Shown here one piece after another: positions 29,322 through 38,048 of a stretch of 64,000 nucleotides of DNA; the stretch's first letter is position 1; every line of letters starts with the position of its first letter. The notes below the pieces were generated by a model that was given only the letters and a program-made list of their open reading frames with translations, had not been told where the DNA came from and ran no database searches. Source of the stretch: an uncultured Gammaproteobacteria bacterium (lineage in GTDB: Bacteria > Patescibacteriota > Microgenomatia > CAZETR01 > Amesbacteraceae); assembly GCA_964356225.1 (NCBI GenBank), contig CAYHGA010000001.1, positions 104,220-168,219 of the forward strand, read 5' to 3'. The translations under genes and the position numbers were made by a program.

Positions 29322-29773
29322 TCCTTTGGAGAGATAACTACGGTTCTAAAACGGCCCTCGCCTTGGGACCCGGTGGTAACTTGGGGGTGGTCGGTGAGAT
29401 AGACATGGATAATGCGGCGTTCGTTGGAAGGGAGGGGGGGGAGGGCTTCTGGTTGATGAGTGGTTACTACCCGACCAACAACGGTGTCTGCCATGGCGTG
29501 AAGGGCCTGCTGGCGGCGTTCCCGATAGTCATTGACGTTTATAGAAATACTGGTCCATTCGGAAGCTTGAGAGTGGAGGTGTTGGGATAGGAGCAACTGC
29601 AAAGAGGAGATGGTGTCCCCGTGATAGCCAACAAGAATGGCCGGGTCAGAAGTATTAATAGTTATTTGATAAATTTTGTTTTCGGGGTCAAAAACTACCG
29701 TGGCCTCGTAAGGAGAAGCGTAACCTAATTGGGTGAGAAATTGAGATAATAATTCCCGAATTTTATCTTCCAT
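29318..29773 (-). CDS. jag: Jag/EloR-like KH and R3H RNA-binding protein
   Basis: LVGYHGDT KH loop, ERRIIH R3H; next to yidC. Confidence 0.9.
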   Translation of the reverse strand: MEDKIRELLSQFLTQLGYASPYEATVVFDPENKIYQITINTSDPAILVGYHGDTISSLQLLLSQHLHSQASEWTSISINVNDYRERRQQALHAMADTVVGRVVTTHQPEALPPLPSNERRIIHVYLTDHPQVTTGSQGEGRFRTVVISPKE

Positions 29774-30572
29774 GGATTTTTTTTATGAAAGGAGTTAACC
29801 CGCCCCACCCAGAGGCAAAATATTGCTGGACCACAGAAACGGCAGAAAAAATTAACCAGTAAAGAACCAGGCCGAATTGAAATTGATAGCCAAAGAGAAT
29901 AGTCATTAAAGGAAACATATATAACATTTGGGTTTGGGTGGCGGCCATAATATCGTCGGTGTCTTCGGGGGTTTTGGATGCAACCTTAGCCGTTACTTTG
30001 GCTTCCGGCATCATCATTTTGGAACTGGCAAATTGGATGAGGGCGGATGCAAGCACAAAAATCCCAGGGAGAGGAACGGGGAGACCAGGGAGGCGGATAA
30101 GGTCGGGCTTGGTTAGCTCAAGACCATAAAATGATGTGGAAAGATGAAAGTCGGAGGGGAGTTTGTTAATCGAATAAAGAATGGGGTTAAGATGGTCGAC
30201 TAATGATTGGCCGTTGGGTTTAAGGACGGTATTAAAAGCATTGAAAAGGGCGATAAGGACCAAAATCTGAATTATTTGGGGAAGGCAGCCGGCGGCGGGA
30301 TTAAGCCCGTTCTTTTTGTACAATTCGGCTTGGGCGGCCACTAAGCCCTGTTTATTGTCTTTGAATTTTGTTTTAAGTGCAGCCAATTCCGGAGCCAGAT
30401 CCTGCATTTTTTTGCTGGATTTAAGCGAGGGGATAACTAAGGGAGTCATAACCAGGCGCAAACCAATAGTGAGAAGAATAATGGACCAGCCCAGGTCGCC
30501 GGTAAGACGGGCCAATCCGATTAAGGCATTAAGTAGGGGGTGAAACAATAATAAATTCCAAAGATTAGCCAT
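29763..30572 (-). CDS. yidC: Membrane insertase YidC
   Basis: SIILLTIGLR, NPAAGCLP, GLVLYW; canonical context. Confidence 0.95.
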   Translation of the reverse strand: MANLWNLLLFHPLLNALIGLARLTGDLGWSIILLTIGLRLVMTPLVIPSLKSSKKMQDLAPELAALKTKFKDNKQGLVAAQAELYKKNGLNPAAGCLPQIIQILVLIALFNAFNTVLKPNGQSLVDHLNPILYSINKLPSDFHLSTSFYGLELTKPDLIRLPGLPVPLPGIFVLASALIQFASSKMMMPEAKVTAKVASKTPEDTDDIMAATQTQMLYMFPLMTILFGYQFQFGLVLYWLIFSAVSVVQQYFASGWGGLTPFIKKIHGR

Positions 30573-30753
30573 GACTGAATGGGTGACAGTGTAAAATGCG
30601 CCAGCTACCCATCAAAACGCCTCTCAGGATACCATATTTATCTATAGCTTGGTAGGTGTATTCGCTGCAGGTGGGGTGGAAACGGCAAGAAGAGTGCAGG
30701 CTAGTGGGAAAGTTTTGATACCAGCGAATTAAGCGCAGTACTAATTTCTTCAT
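30565..30753 (-). CDS. yidD: Membrane protein insertion efficiency factor
   Basis: CRFHPTCSEY..RILHCHP. Confidence 0.95.
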   Translation of the reverse strand: MKKLVLRLIRWYQNFPTSLHSSCRFHPTCSEYTYQAIDKYGILRGVLMGSWRILHCHPFSHG

Positions 30754-31009
30754 GGCTTAATTTTAGCATCGTGCTCTTCGGGAAGAGGATAATGTCGAAA
30801 GAAATTTTCGGGAAACAAGAATAAATTTGGCGGCGGAGCCGGTTACGAATTACGGCGGATTTAGAAAGTTTGGCAGAGGTTACTATAGCGACGCGACCGG
30901 GAACGCGGGGAGTATAGAGAGTTGAGAAATGGGGGAAAAATAAAGACTTACCAAGTTTTTTGGTTTGTAAAAAGTCTAGGCGGGCCAGGCGGAGTGATTT
31001 AGGAAGCAT
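30701..31009 (-). CDS. rnpA: RNase P protein
   Basis: MLPKSLRL, KSAVIRNRLRR. Confidence 0.92.
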   Translation of the reverse strand: MLPKSLRLARLDFLQTKKLGKSLFFPHFSTLYTPRVPGRVAIVTSAKLSKSAVIRNRLRRQIYSCFPKISFDIILFPKSTMLKLSHEEISTALNSLVSKLSH

Positions 31010-31021
31010 CAAACGATTTTA

Positions 31022-31930
31022 CTATACTCCATACTTTCTTTGTCTTTTCCTTTCTGTTTCTCTTATTGCGTTCACCCTTCCATAGAACCCTCCTTGAGGG
31101 TCTCTTCCTTCATGTTGGGCCAGGGAGTCAGGTTTGGGAGCCATTGAATGGACGACCCCCATTTGAACCACCTTGTCTATCACCCCAAACCTTTTCTCAA
31201 CTTGGGGAACAATGTTTCCTTCCATTCCTCCACAAAGTACAAGCCAGAAGCCGTCAATGTCTTGGGCGGCTGGTTTATCGCCTCTTTGTTTTAAACGAGC
31301 TGGAAATTCTCTGGTAAAAGCTTTACCTCCGGATGAATCCGAGGGAACGAGCTGGTTAAATATATTTAACGACGGACTAAATCTATGGTCGGGTTTAATT
31401 GTGTTTTGACCTTGCTTCAAGGAACCACCCTCCCTCAAATTGTCGATTGCTGTTACCAAAATGTCGGGAAGCCGGGGGTCGATTTCTTTTCCCTGCCGTT
31501 TTAATTCTCGGGCAGAGAGCATAAGTTTAGCAATAATTAGGGATTGTAATTCCAGTAGTAGTATTTTGCCGTTAGGGGCAGTTTTTTCGGAATTTCCCGT
31601 AAGGACCACTAAAAGTGAGGCCATTTGAACCACCTTGGTCCGGTCACTGTTTGAAGAGGGGGTCTCACCGGGATATCCAACTGGTCCCATCAGAGCCAGA
31701 AACTCCCGCGATTGTTTGTATTTTTGGTCTAAGTTGGAAGAATAATCTGGAGACGGGATTTGTACGGCCCCATTTTCGAGGACAAGTTTTGTAAAGTAAC
31801 GGCTTTCTCCTAGTTTCAGAGTCCTATTTTTGATATTGGGACTTTTTAACTTATCGTCCAAAAAAGATTCTAGCGGAGGTTTTATTGATCCTCCATCAAA
31901 CCCTTGCTCCATTGTCGAGTCTGCGCTCAT
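31022..31930 (-). CDS. Hypothetical protein
   Basis: 302-aa ORF, no motif recognised. Confidence 0.7.
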   Translation of the reverse strand: MSADSTMEQGFDGGSIKPPLESFLDDKLKSPNIKNRTLKLGESRYFTKLVLENGAVQIPSPDYSSNLDQKYKQSREFLALMGPVGYPGETPSSNSDRTKVVQMASLLVVLTGNSEKTAPNGKILLLELQSLIIAKLMLSARELKRQGKEIDPRLPDILVTAIDNLREGGSLKQGQNTIKPDHRFSPSLNIFNQLVPSDSSGGKAFTREFPARLKQRGDKPAAQDIDGFWLVLCGGMEGNIVPQVEKRFGVIDKVVQMGVVHSMAPKPDSLAQHEGRDPQGGFYGRVNAIRETERKRQRKYGV

Positions 31931-31951
31931 GTTTTGTTTATGGTACTAAAA

Positions 31952-32479
31952 CTAGTGGTGTTTAACAAGAGGAATCAATATTTTTTCTGCTTGCCATGCT
32001 TTAACCACCCGAGCGTTAAATTTTAGTGCTCCCGTTTGATCTCCACGACTAAGGGCTTCGTTTCTAGCACGAACGGCTTGTTCTTTTAATTGGTGGGTTT
32101 TCCCTAAAGCGTAAGTCTTATCGTTGGGACAACTTATTAGAGCATAATACGTTCTAAGAAACTCGTGCTTTCTTTGTTTGAGAGAACGTTGTTGTGACAA
32201 CTCCACCGCTGCTGTGGGGTGTAATCTATGAAGATTTGACAAAAGGGTTTCTGTTAATAAATCTGCTAGTGGTAAATTTGTTGTTTTTAAGTTCTCAACT
32301 GTTTGTTGAGCGGTTAAAATAAGTCTAGTTGCTTTTGCACTAGTTAACGTCGGGGCTTCTCGCTTTGCGTCGTGGGCGATCCCCACATCTTGTAGGGCGG
32401 TTGATAGTCTGATTATTTGTTTGTTGATCGGACCAAGGGATTCCTGTGCTTCTGTTTGTGGGGGGGTGTTTTCAGACAT
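31952..32479 (-). CDS. Hypothetical protein
   Basis: Helical ORF starting MSENT, no motif recognised. Confidence 0.65.
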   Translation of the reverse strand: MSENTPPQTEAQESLGPINKQIIRLSTALQDVGIAHDAKREAPTLTSAKATRLILTAQQTVENLKTTNLPLADLLTETLLSNLHRLHPTAAVELSQQRSLKQRKHEFLRTYYALISCPNDKTYALGKTHQLKEQAVRARNEALSRGDQTGALKFNARVVKAWQAEKILIPLVKHH

Positions 32480-32487
32480 ATACAAAA

Positions 32488-32628
32488 TTAGACTGTTAAC
32501 TTTCGGCGGCCGGCGAGGCGGCGGCGTTTGAGAACGTTGCGGCCGGTGCGGGTGGACATACGGGATCTAAACCCATGTTTGCGAATTCTTTTCAACTTTT
32601 TGGGCTGCCAGGTGCGTTTAGTGGCCAT
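32488..32628 (-). CDS. rpmH: 50S ribosomal protein L34
   Basis: Hand translation [46 protein letters not shown] (below the ORF-track cutoff). Confidence 0.97.
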   Translation of the reverse strand: MATKRTWQPKKLKRIRKHGFRSRMSTRTGRNVLKRRRLAGRRKLTV

Positions 32629-32664
32629 GCGTGAAATTATATCACAAAGAGGTACTTGACGAAT

Positions 32665-32673
32665 TGTGGATAA
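32665..32673 (-). promoter_or_regulatory. DnaA box upstream of dnaA
   Basis: tgtggataa = TTATCCACA on -. Confidence 0.85.
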
Positions 32674-32693
32674 GTTGTTAAATCAGGGATGTA

Positions 32694-34055
32694 ATGGACA
32701 GAGATGTAAAAAGAATTTGGAAAGCCGTATTAGAAGGAATGAAAGTGATGGTGTCTGCGGGGACTTTTAATACTGTAGTCCGACAAACGGAGCTGGTGGC
32801 AATAACGGAGAGCGGTAACCGGTGGATATGTGATGTGGCCTGCTCTTCAGGAATGACGAAAACTCTTTTGGAACAGCGCTTCCGGGGACAACTGGCAGAA
32901 GAGTTGAAAAGAGTGACAGAGAAAGATTGCGAGATACGATTTACAATCAACGCGCAACGCGCAAGGCTCAATACTCAAGAAGAAAACTTGCCTTTATTTA
33001 CGGAAAGAGATACTAACGCAGAAGTGCGGCGGGCCAGATTAAGGCCGGATTTTACTTTTGACAATTATGCTGTGTCGGGATCGAATCAAATGGCGCATGC
33101 GGCGGCGATGGCCGTGGCCCGCAAGCCGGGAACGGCTTACAACCCGCTATTTATCTATGGCGGTGTGGGGGTAGGAAAAACCCATTTAATGCAGGCGGTG
33201 GGACACGCGGTGATTGAAAGGGGGGAGGGGCCGGTGCTGTTTTGTACAGGGGAAGAGTTTACCAATGACTTAGTGATGGGCATCCGGAACAAAGATACGG
33301 ACCGGGTGCGGGGCAAATACCGAAAAGTGAAGGCCTTGTTGATTGACGACGTGCAATTTATTGCCGGTAAAGCTTCCGTGCAGGAAGAATTTTTCCATAC
33401 TTTCAATTCTATTGGCCGGGAGGGGGGGCAGGTGGTGATGACGTCGGATAAACCGCCGGGGGAAATCGCCAAATTGGAGGAGAGATTGCGCAGCCGGTTT
33501 GGAGCAGGAATGATTGTGGATGTGGGGCCGGCGGATTTTGAACTGCGAACGGCGATTCTGTTAATTAAAGCGAAACAAAAAGGAAAAGAGCTGGCGATGG
33601 ACGTGGCTCAAGTCATTGCAACACACATCGAGGGAGTGCGGGAGCTGGAGGGGTTCCTGATGAGAGTTGCTTCTGAAGCAGAGTTTAAAAAGGAGCCGGT
33701 GTCGGTAGAAATGGTAGAGCGGTTGCTAAAAATTGGCAGGCCGGCTGATGGACGATCTAAAATTGTGACCCCAAACGAGGTCATCAACCTAGTAGCTGAA
33801 TATTTCGGGGTAGGGGTGCAACAATTAAAAGGAGAGAGAAGAACCCAAACGATTGTCTGGCCGAGACAAATATTGATGCATTTGCTACGGACGGACTTAA
33901 AACTGCCCCTGGAAGAGGTGGGGCGCTTGATTGGGGGAAGGGACCATACAACGGTCATGCATGCTGATAAGAAAGTGTTGACAGCGATGCGGGAAGACGC
34001 CTTTGTCCACAACCAAATTGGGGATATCAAGAAAAAATTGTTGACAAGCCAATGA
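32694..34055 (+). CDS. dnaA: Replication initiator DnaA
   Basis: YNPLFIYGGVGVGKTHL, LIDDVQF, RLRSRF, GGRDHTTV. Confidence 0.99.
   Translation: MDRDVKRIWKAVLEGMKVMVSAGTFNTVVRQTELVAITESGNRWICDVACSSGMTKTLLEQRFRGQLAEELKRVTEKDCEIRFTINAQRARLNTQEENLPLFTERDTNAEVRRARLRPDFTFDNYAVSGSNQMAHAAAMAVARKPGTAYNPLFIYGGVGVGKTHLMQAVGHAVIERGEGPVLFCTGEEFTNDLVMGIRNKDTDRVRGKYRKVKALLIDDVQFIAGKASVQEEFFHTFNSIGREGGQVVMTSDKPPGEIAKLEERLRSRFGAGMIVDVGPADFELRTAILLIKAKQKGKELAMDVAQVIATHIEGVRELEGFLMRVASEAEFKKEPVSVEMVERLLKIGRPADGRSKIVTPNEVINLVAEYFGVGVQQLKGERRTQTIVWPRQILMHLLRTDLKLPLEEVGRLIGGRDHTTVMHADKKVLTAMREDAFVHNQIGDIKKKLLTSQ
32949..32978 (+). repeat. AANNCTC array in the dnaA linker
   Basis: aacgcgc aacgcgc aaggctc aatactc. 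Confidence 0.65.
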
Positions 34056-34210
34056 CAATTGTATACAACTGGAGACGCTTATGCACTTGAAGTCAGATAT
34101 ACAGAAGTTGTCCACAAACTTATACACAAAACAATCCCCCGGCTGGCAGGTGGCTATTATCAACATATCCACAAGACCTACTACGGTTACTACTAGTTAG
34201 TAAAAGAAAA
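34056..34210. other. Putative oriC
   Basis: DnaA-box variants ttgtccaca 34108, ttatacaca 34120, ttatcaaca 34157, atatccaca 34165, followed by tactac/tactacta DnaA-trio-like repeats between dnaA and dnaN. Confidence 0.8.
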
Positions 34211-35317
34211 ATGCATGCAACTGTTTTACAGCAAGATCTAAATAAAGGGCTGGGGATAACCGGACGGGTGGTGGCCTCCCGAGGGCAAATGCCGATTTTG
34301 GCAAACATTCTGATTGAGGCGACTAAAGACGGAATAACGCTGGCGGCGACGAATTTAGAAATTGGTTTGAGGGTGGAGGTGGGAGGAAAAGTAATGGAAC
34401 CGGGGTCGATAACTATTCCGGGGAGGAACTTGGGAGAACTAGTGGGATCTCTTTCAGGGGAGAGTTTAGATTTACAAACCGAGGGGGAAAAATTAAAAAT
34501 TAAGTCTGGAAAGTCAGCGGGGGTGTTGGTGGGGATTGCTGCGAGCGAATTCCCGCCAATGCCGAGAGCGGGACAGGGGGGAAAAGGAGAGGGAGTAAAA
34601 ATTGACAAGAACATAATATTGGAAATAGCGAGCCAGGTGGCGTTTGCGGCGGCCGTGGACGAGAGCAGGCCGGTGCTTACTGGTTGTCGGTTTTCGGTGG
34701 TCGGTGATCGGTTAGTGGTGGTGGCGACGGATGGATTTCGCTTATCGCGAAAAATCCTCAATGCTCAATCCTCAATGCTCAAAGATAATTTGATTTTGCC
34801 GGCGAGGACGATACTGGAGCTGGCGAGAGTAGTAGGGGACGCGGGGGAAGTAACAATGGAGAACGTAAAAGAAAATAACCAGACGATTTTTAGCTGTGAT
34901 GGTGTGCAGTTAATATCAAGGGTGTTGGAAGGAAATTTTCCGGAAGTAGATAAAATAATTCCCCAGAGTTTTAAAACAGAGATTGGAGTGGACAGAGAAG
35001 AGCTACGGTCCTCTCTAAGAGTGGCGGGGATTTTTGCCAGAGAAAACAGCAATATTGTCAAGTTCATCGTTCATGGTTCACGGTTCATAGTAAAAGCTCA
35101 GGCGGGGCAGGTGGGGGAAAACGAGAGTGAGATGGAGATTGAAAAGGAGGGGGAGGACGGGGAGATTGCGTTTAACTACAAATTTGTGCAGGATTTTTTG
35201 GAGAGTGTAACAGAAGAAAGAGTAAAACTAAAAATAAACGACAGTTTATCACCGGGGGTGTGGGCGGGAGAAAAGGACAAGAGTTTGATTCATTTGATAA
35301 TGCCGGTGAGAGTTTAA
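34211..35317 (+). CDS. dnaN: DNA polymerase III beta clamp
   Basis: PILANILI, ATNLE, SRPVLTG, ATDGFRL, LIMPVR. Confidence 0.98.
   Translation: MHATVLQQDLNKGLGITGRVVASRGQMPILANILIEATKDGITLAATNLEIGLRVEVGGKVMEPGSITIPGRNLGELVGSLSGESLDLQTEGEKLKIKSGKSAGVLVGIAASEFPPMPRAGQGGKGEGVKIDKNIILEIASQVAFAAAVDESRPVLTGCRFSVVGDRLVVVATDGFRLSRKILNAQSSMLKDNLILPARTILELARVVGDAGEVTMENVKENNQTIFSCDGVQLISRVLEGNFPEVDKIIPQSFKTEIGVDREELRSSLRVAGIFARENSNIVKFIVHGSRFIVKAQAGQVGENESEMEIEKEGEDGEIAFNYKFVQDFLESVTEERVKLKINDSLSPGVWAGEKDKSLIHLIMPVRV
34753..34782 (+). repeat. AATGCTC array inside dnaN
   Basis: aatcctc aatgctc aatcctc aatgctc. Confidence 0.85.
35062..35091 (+). repeat. GTTCATG array inside dnaN
   Basis: gttcatc gttcatg gttcacg gttcata. 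Confidence 0.85.
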
Positions 35318-35796
35318 TATACATTTGGCGCGGAGGTAAATTCGGTGGGCTCAAATTCATAGTTGATAGGCGCCTCTAAAGGCAGACCGCTAAAGGGTTT
35401 AACCATGACAGACATTTGATACTTTGTGTTGTAGATCCAATCTGACTTGGGGATAACGTGTAAAAGGGAGCGGTCTTTAGCGTCGATTTCGACAGAGATT
35501 TTAGTTTTCGGTTGAATATCGACCATGGCTGTACCGATCCTTAGTTCTTGGTTGAAAACGAAGGTAATAGCTGTATTGCGGAAAGCGACAGGCGATTTAC
35601 CCGGGAGAGGAAAGACGCTAACCAGTTCGAGTTTAATTGGCGCGGGGGTGGGGAAAACATTAACATTCTCAGATGGTTTTTTGGATTTAGATAACAAATA
35701 AACCATTGAAACGACAGAGATTGCCAGCAATACCAAAAACATACGGGCCCCCCTGTTTTTTAATAGATCGGACATTGCTTCTTGTTTTACTGGCAT
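35314..35796 (-). CDS. Membrane-anchored Ig-like (Big_5-like) protein
   Basis: TM, then VSVFP..ITFVFNQ..W.YNTKY. Confidence 0.6.
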   Translation of the reverse strand: MPVKQEAMSDLLKNRGARMFLVLLAISVVSMVYLLSKSKKPSENVNVFPTPAPIKLELVSVFPLPGKSPVAFRNTAITFVFNQELRIGTAMVDIQPKTKISVEIDAKDRSLLHVIPKSDWIYNTKYQMSVMVKPFSGLPLEAPINYEFEPTEFTSAPNVY

Positions 35797-38045
35797 AAGT
35801 AATTTTCAGGTTTTACAAAAAGGCCACTAACCTGCATTTCTAAGTGCAGATGGGTATTGCCTCCTTGATTATATAATTTTCCAACGGGCTTGCCAGAGTC
35901 GAGTGATTTCGTAAAATCAACTGTTGTTTGATCCATGTGCGTAAACGTTATGACATGTTTTCCAGTCTGGTCCCGATATAAGTAACTGAATCCGGAGCCT
36001 GGATTTGGAAACGACGTAGTGGGGTTCCAGGTGGTTGGGTTGCCATCAACTGACGGCGCGTAAACCCAAGCGTTGTCTCCTGGAAAAAGATCGGCGGCGT
36101 ATCCATAAAAAGGACACTTGGAAGAGGGGTGGGTTTGCTGACATTTGTTTCCGGTATTGCTGTTGGGAGCCTGACAGCCGATTAAAGTTTGCGGCAGGGG
36201 ATATGTGCAATCTTGGTGGGCGACATTGTTCCAATAATAGTTTGATCCGTGGCCGCCAGCGATGTCGTTTTCGTGCGAAGAATCGTATGATTTTTGTTTA
36301 TATACGCCATTCAAAATGGGACAAGAAATATTACGGGGGGCGTCTTGGGGTGGTTGGTTGTTTGTGGAAAACGGATTAGGGGGGACGACGAGGGCGGAGG
36401 AGTTGATGATGAAGAGAATTAGGGCGATGCCGATGGGAATACTTATGATAATGATGATTATGGGGGCGGCGATTTCGGTGGCCACAAGTCCGACCATGGC
36501 GGTGGAAGCGGTGGCAATGGCGTTACCGGTCTTGGTAAGAGCCCCGGCAACTCCGCCGGATCCTTGAATAGCAGCGCCGGCGACAGCCCCCGTAAGTCCG
36601 AGTGCGGAAGTGCCAATAAGACCCAGCCCGCCGATGACTCCACCGACTATTCCCGCCAGTCCCAGGAAAATAGCCGGAAGATATTCTTTGATGAGGATCT
36701 TGGCTTTCGACCAGAGAGTTTTGACGGCTTCGATGGCAAGGGGAATAAGAAGGGAAAGACCTAGTGTTTCCGGAGCCAAAGCGGCTCCGGCGGCGGCTTC
36801 GGCCCCGACAGCGGCAGCTTCGGTGGCAGCGGCGGTGGCGGCTTTGGTTCCTAAGGAAGTGAGAACTTTTTTACCGACTTCGGAGGCGGCGAATTTTTCC
36901 CAGGCGGCAGAGGCCACTTTGTCTTGAATTTTGTTTTTGCCGAAACCGACGAGACAATTGAACCAACCAGATTGATCTGGGGATAGAGGTTGGCCGGGGA
37001 CATGGTCCGATTGAGATGAATAAAACTGGAGCGGGCGGGTGAAATAAACAGTGCGGTAGTTGAGATATTCAATTACTTGATTTGAAAAGTAGATTTGAAC
37101 TCCGGAAACGCGCTGGGAATGCTGCGGGGGAGAGTCTGAGAGCCGGTGAGGTGTGAAAGAGGCAATGGTATTGATAAGGGGGACGAAGTGGGTGGCAAAT
37201 TGGGAAGCGAGGGACAGGGCCTGCGGGGTGGGATAACCGGCCTTGAGAAATTGGTTGTGAAGAGACAGGGTTAGGGGGGGGGTGGTAGGGGAGGGAGCTT
37301 GAATTTGGGAAATGCTGGATGCAGCAGTTTGGGGAATATTGAGAGGTTTACCAATGGCTTCTGAAGCTAGAGTTAGACGCTCAAGGAGTTGTTGGATTTG
37401 GGGGACCGTAACCTGGGGGGTGGCGATTTTGAGAACAGTGACGGCGGCGGCGGCCGGCTGGGGAAGAACTTGAATGGTTTGAAGATAAATATTTTCAATG
37501 ACGGGGTGGGAAACTTCGGGAATAAGGGGAGCTAAAATTTCAGGGAGAACAATGCTGGCAAGTTTTTCGATGGTGCCGACGGGTTCAAGAATAAGGCTGG
37601 GGGCAATATCGGGGATAGATTTTTCCAGCCCGGGAACATTTTGGGAAAGTTTTTTTAGAAGATCCAGGTGTTTTTGATAACTTTCCGCCCCAATTTTTTT
37701 TATGGCTTCGTCTTGACGGGCAAGACGCTCCTGATCTCTTTTTTCTTCTAAAAGCCTGACGTTTTCCTGGAGGTTGTCTATGGCCATGTTACTGGTGGCG
37801 TCGAGGTTGAGGGTACGAATTACATCAATGAGGGAAACAATACGGTCAAGCAGGTCTGGGTTGTTTTTTATTTGGTTGATGATGTTTTCGGCCGCGGCCC
37901 CCTTTTTTTGACGAATGGTGCTTTCGTATGCAGTCCACAGGCTGGTTTCGGTTTGGGCCAGAAACTGATAATCGTGGGGATGGAGACCGACGAGGCGAAG
38001 GGTTTCTTGAAGAACGGCGGCTTGTTTTTGAGCGAGATCGGCCAT
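35787..38045 (-). CDS. Large membrane protein with C-terminal M23-like domain
   Basis: Ala/Gly-rich hydrophobic middle; C-terminal THM..THLHLE..VKP. Confidence 0.65.
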   Translation of the reverse strand: MADLAQKQAAVLQETLRLVGLHPHDYQFLAQTETSLWTAYESTIRQKKGAAAENIINQIKNNPDLLDRIVSLIDVIRTLNLDATSNMAIDNLQENVRLLEEKRDQERLARQDEAIKKIGAESYQKHLDLLKKLSQNVPGLEKSIPDIAPSLILEPVGTIEKLASIVLPEILAPLIPEVSHPVIENIYLQTIQVLPQPAAAAVTVLKIATPQVTVPQIQQLLERLTLASEAIGKPLNIPQTAASSISQIQAPSPTTPPLTLSLHNQFLKAGYPTPQALSLASQFATHFVPLINTIASFTPHRLSDSPPQHSQRVSGVQIYFSNQVIEYLNYRTVYFTRPLQFYSSQSDHVPGQPLSPDQSGWFNCLVGFGKNKIQDKVASAAWEKFAASEVGKKVLTSLGTKAATAAATEAAAVGAEAAAGAALAPETLGLSLLIPLAIEAVKTLWSKAKILIKEYLPAIFLGLAGIVGGVIGGLGLIGTSALGLTGAVAGAAIQGSGGVAGALTKTGNAIATASTAMVGLVATEIAAPIIIIIISIPIGIALILFIINSSALVVPPNPFSTNNQPPQDAPRNISCPILNGVYKQKSYDSSHENDIAGGHGSNYYWNNVAHQDCTYPLPQTLIGCQAPNSNTGNKCQQTHPSSKCPFYGYAADLFPGDNAWVYAPSVDGNPTTWNPTTSFPNPGSGFSYLYRDQTGKHVITFTHMDQTTVDFTKSLDSGKPVGKLYNQGGNTHLHLEMQVSGLFVKPENYLCQ

Positions 38046-38048
38046 AGA

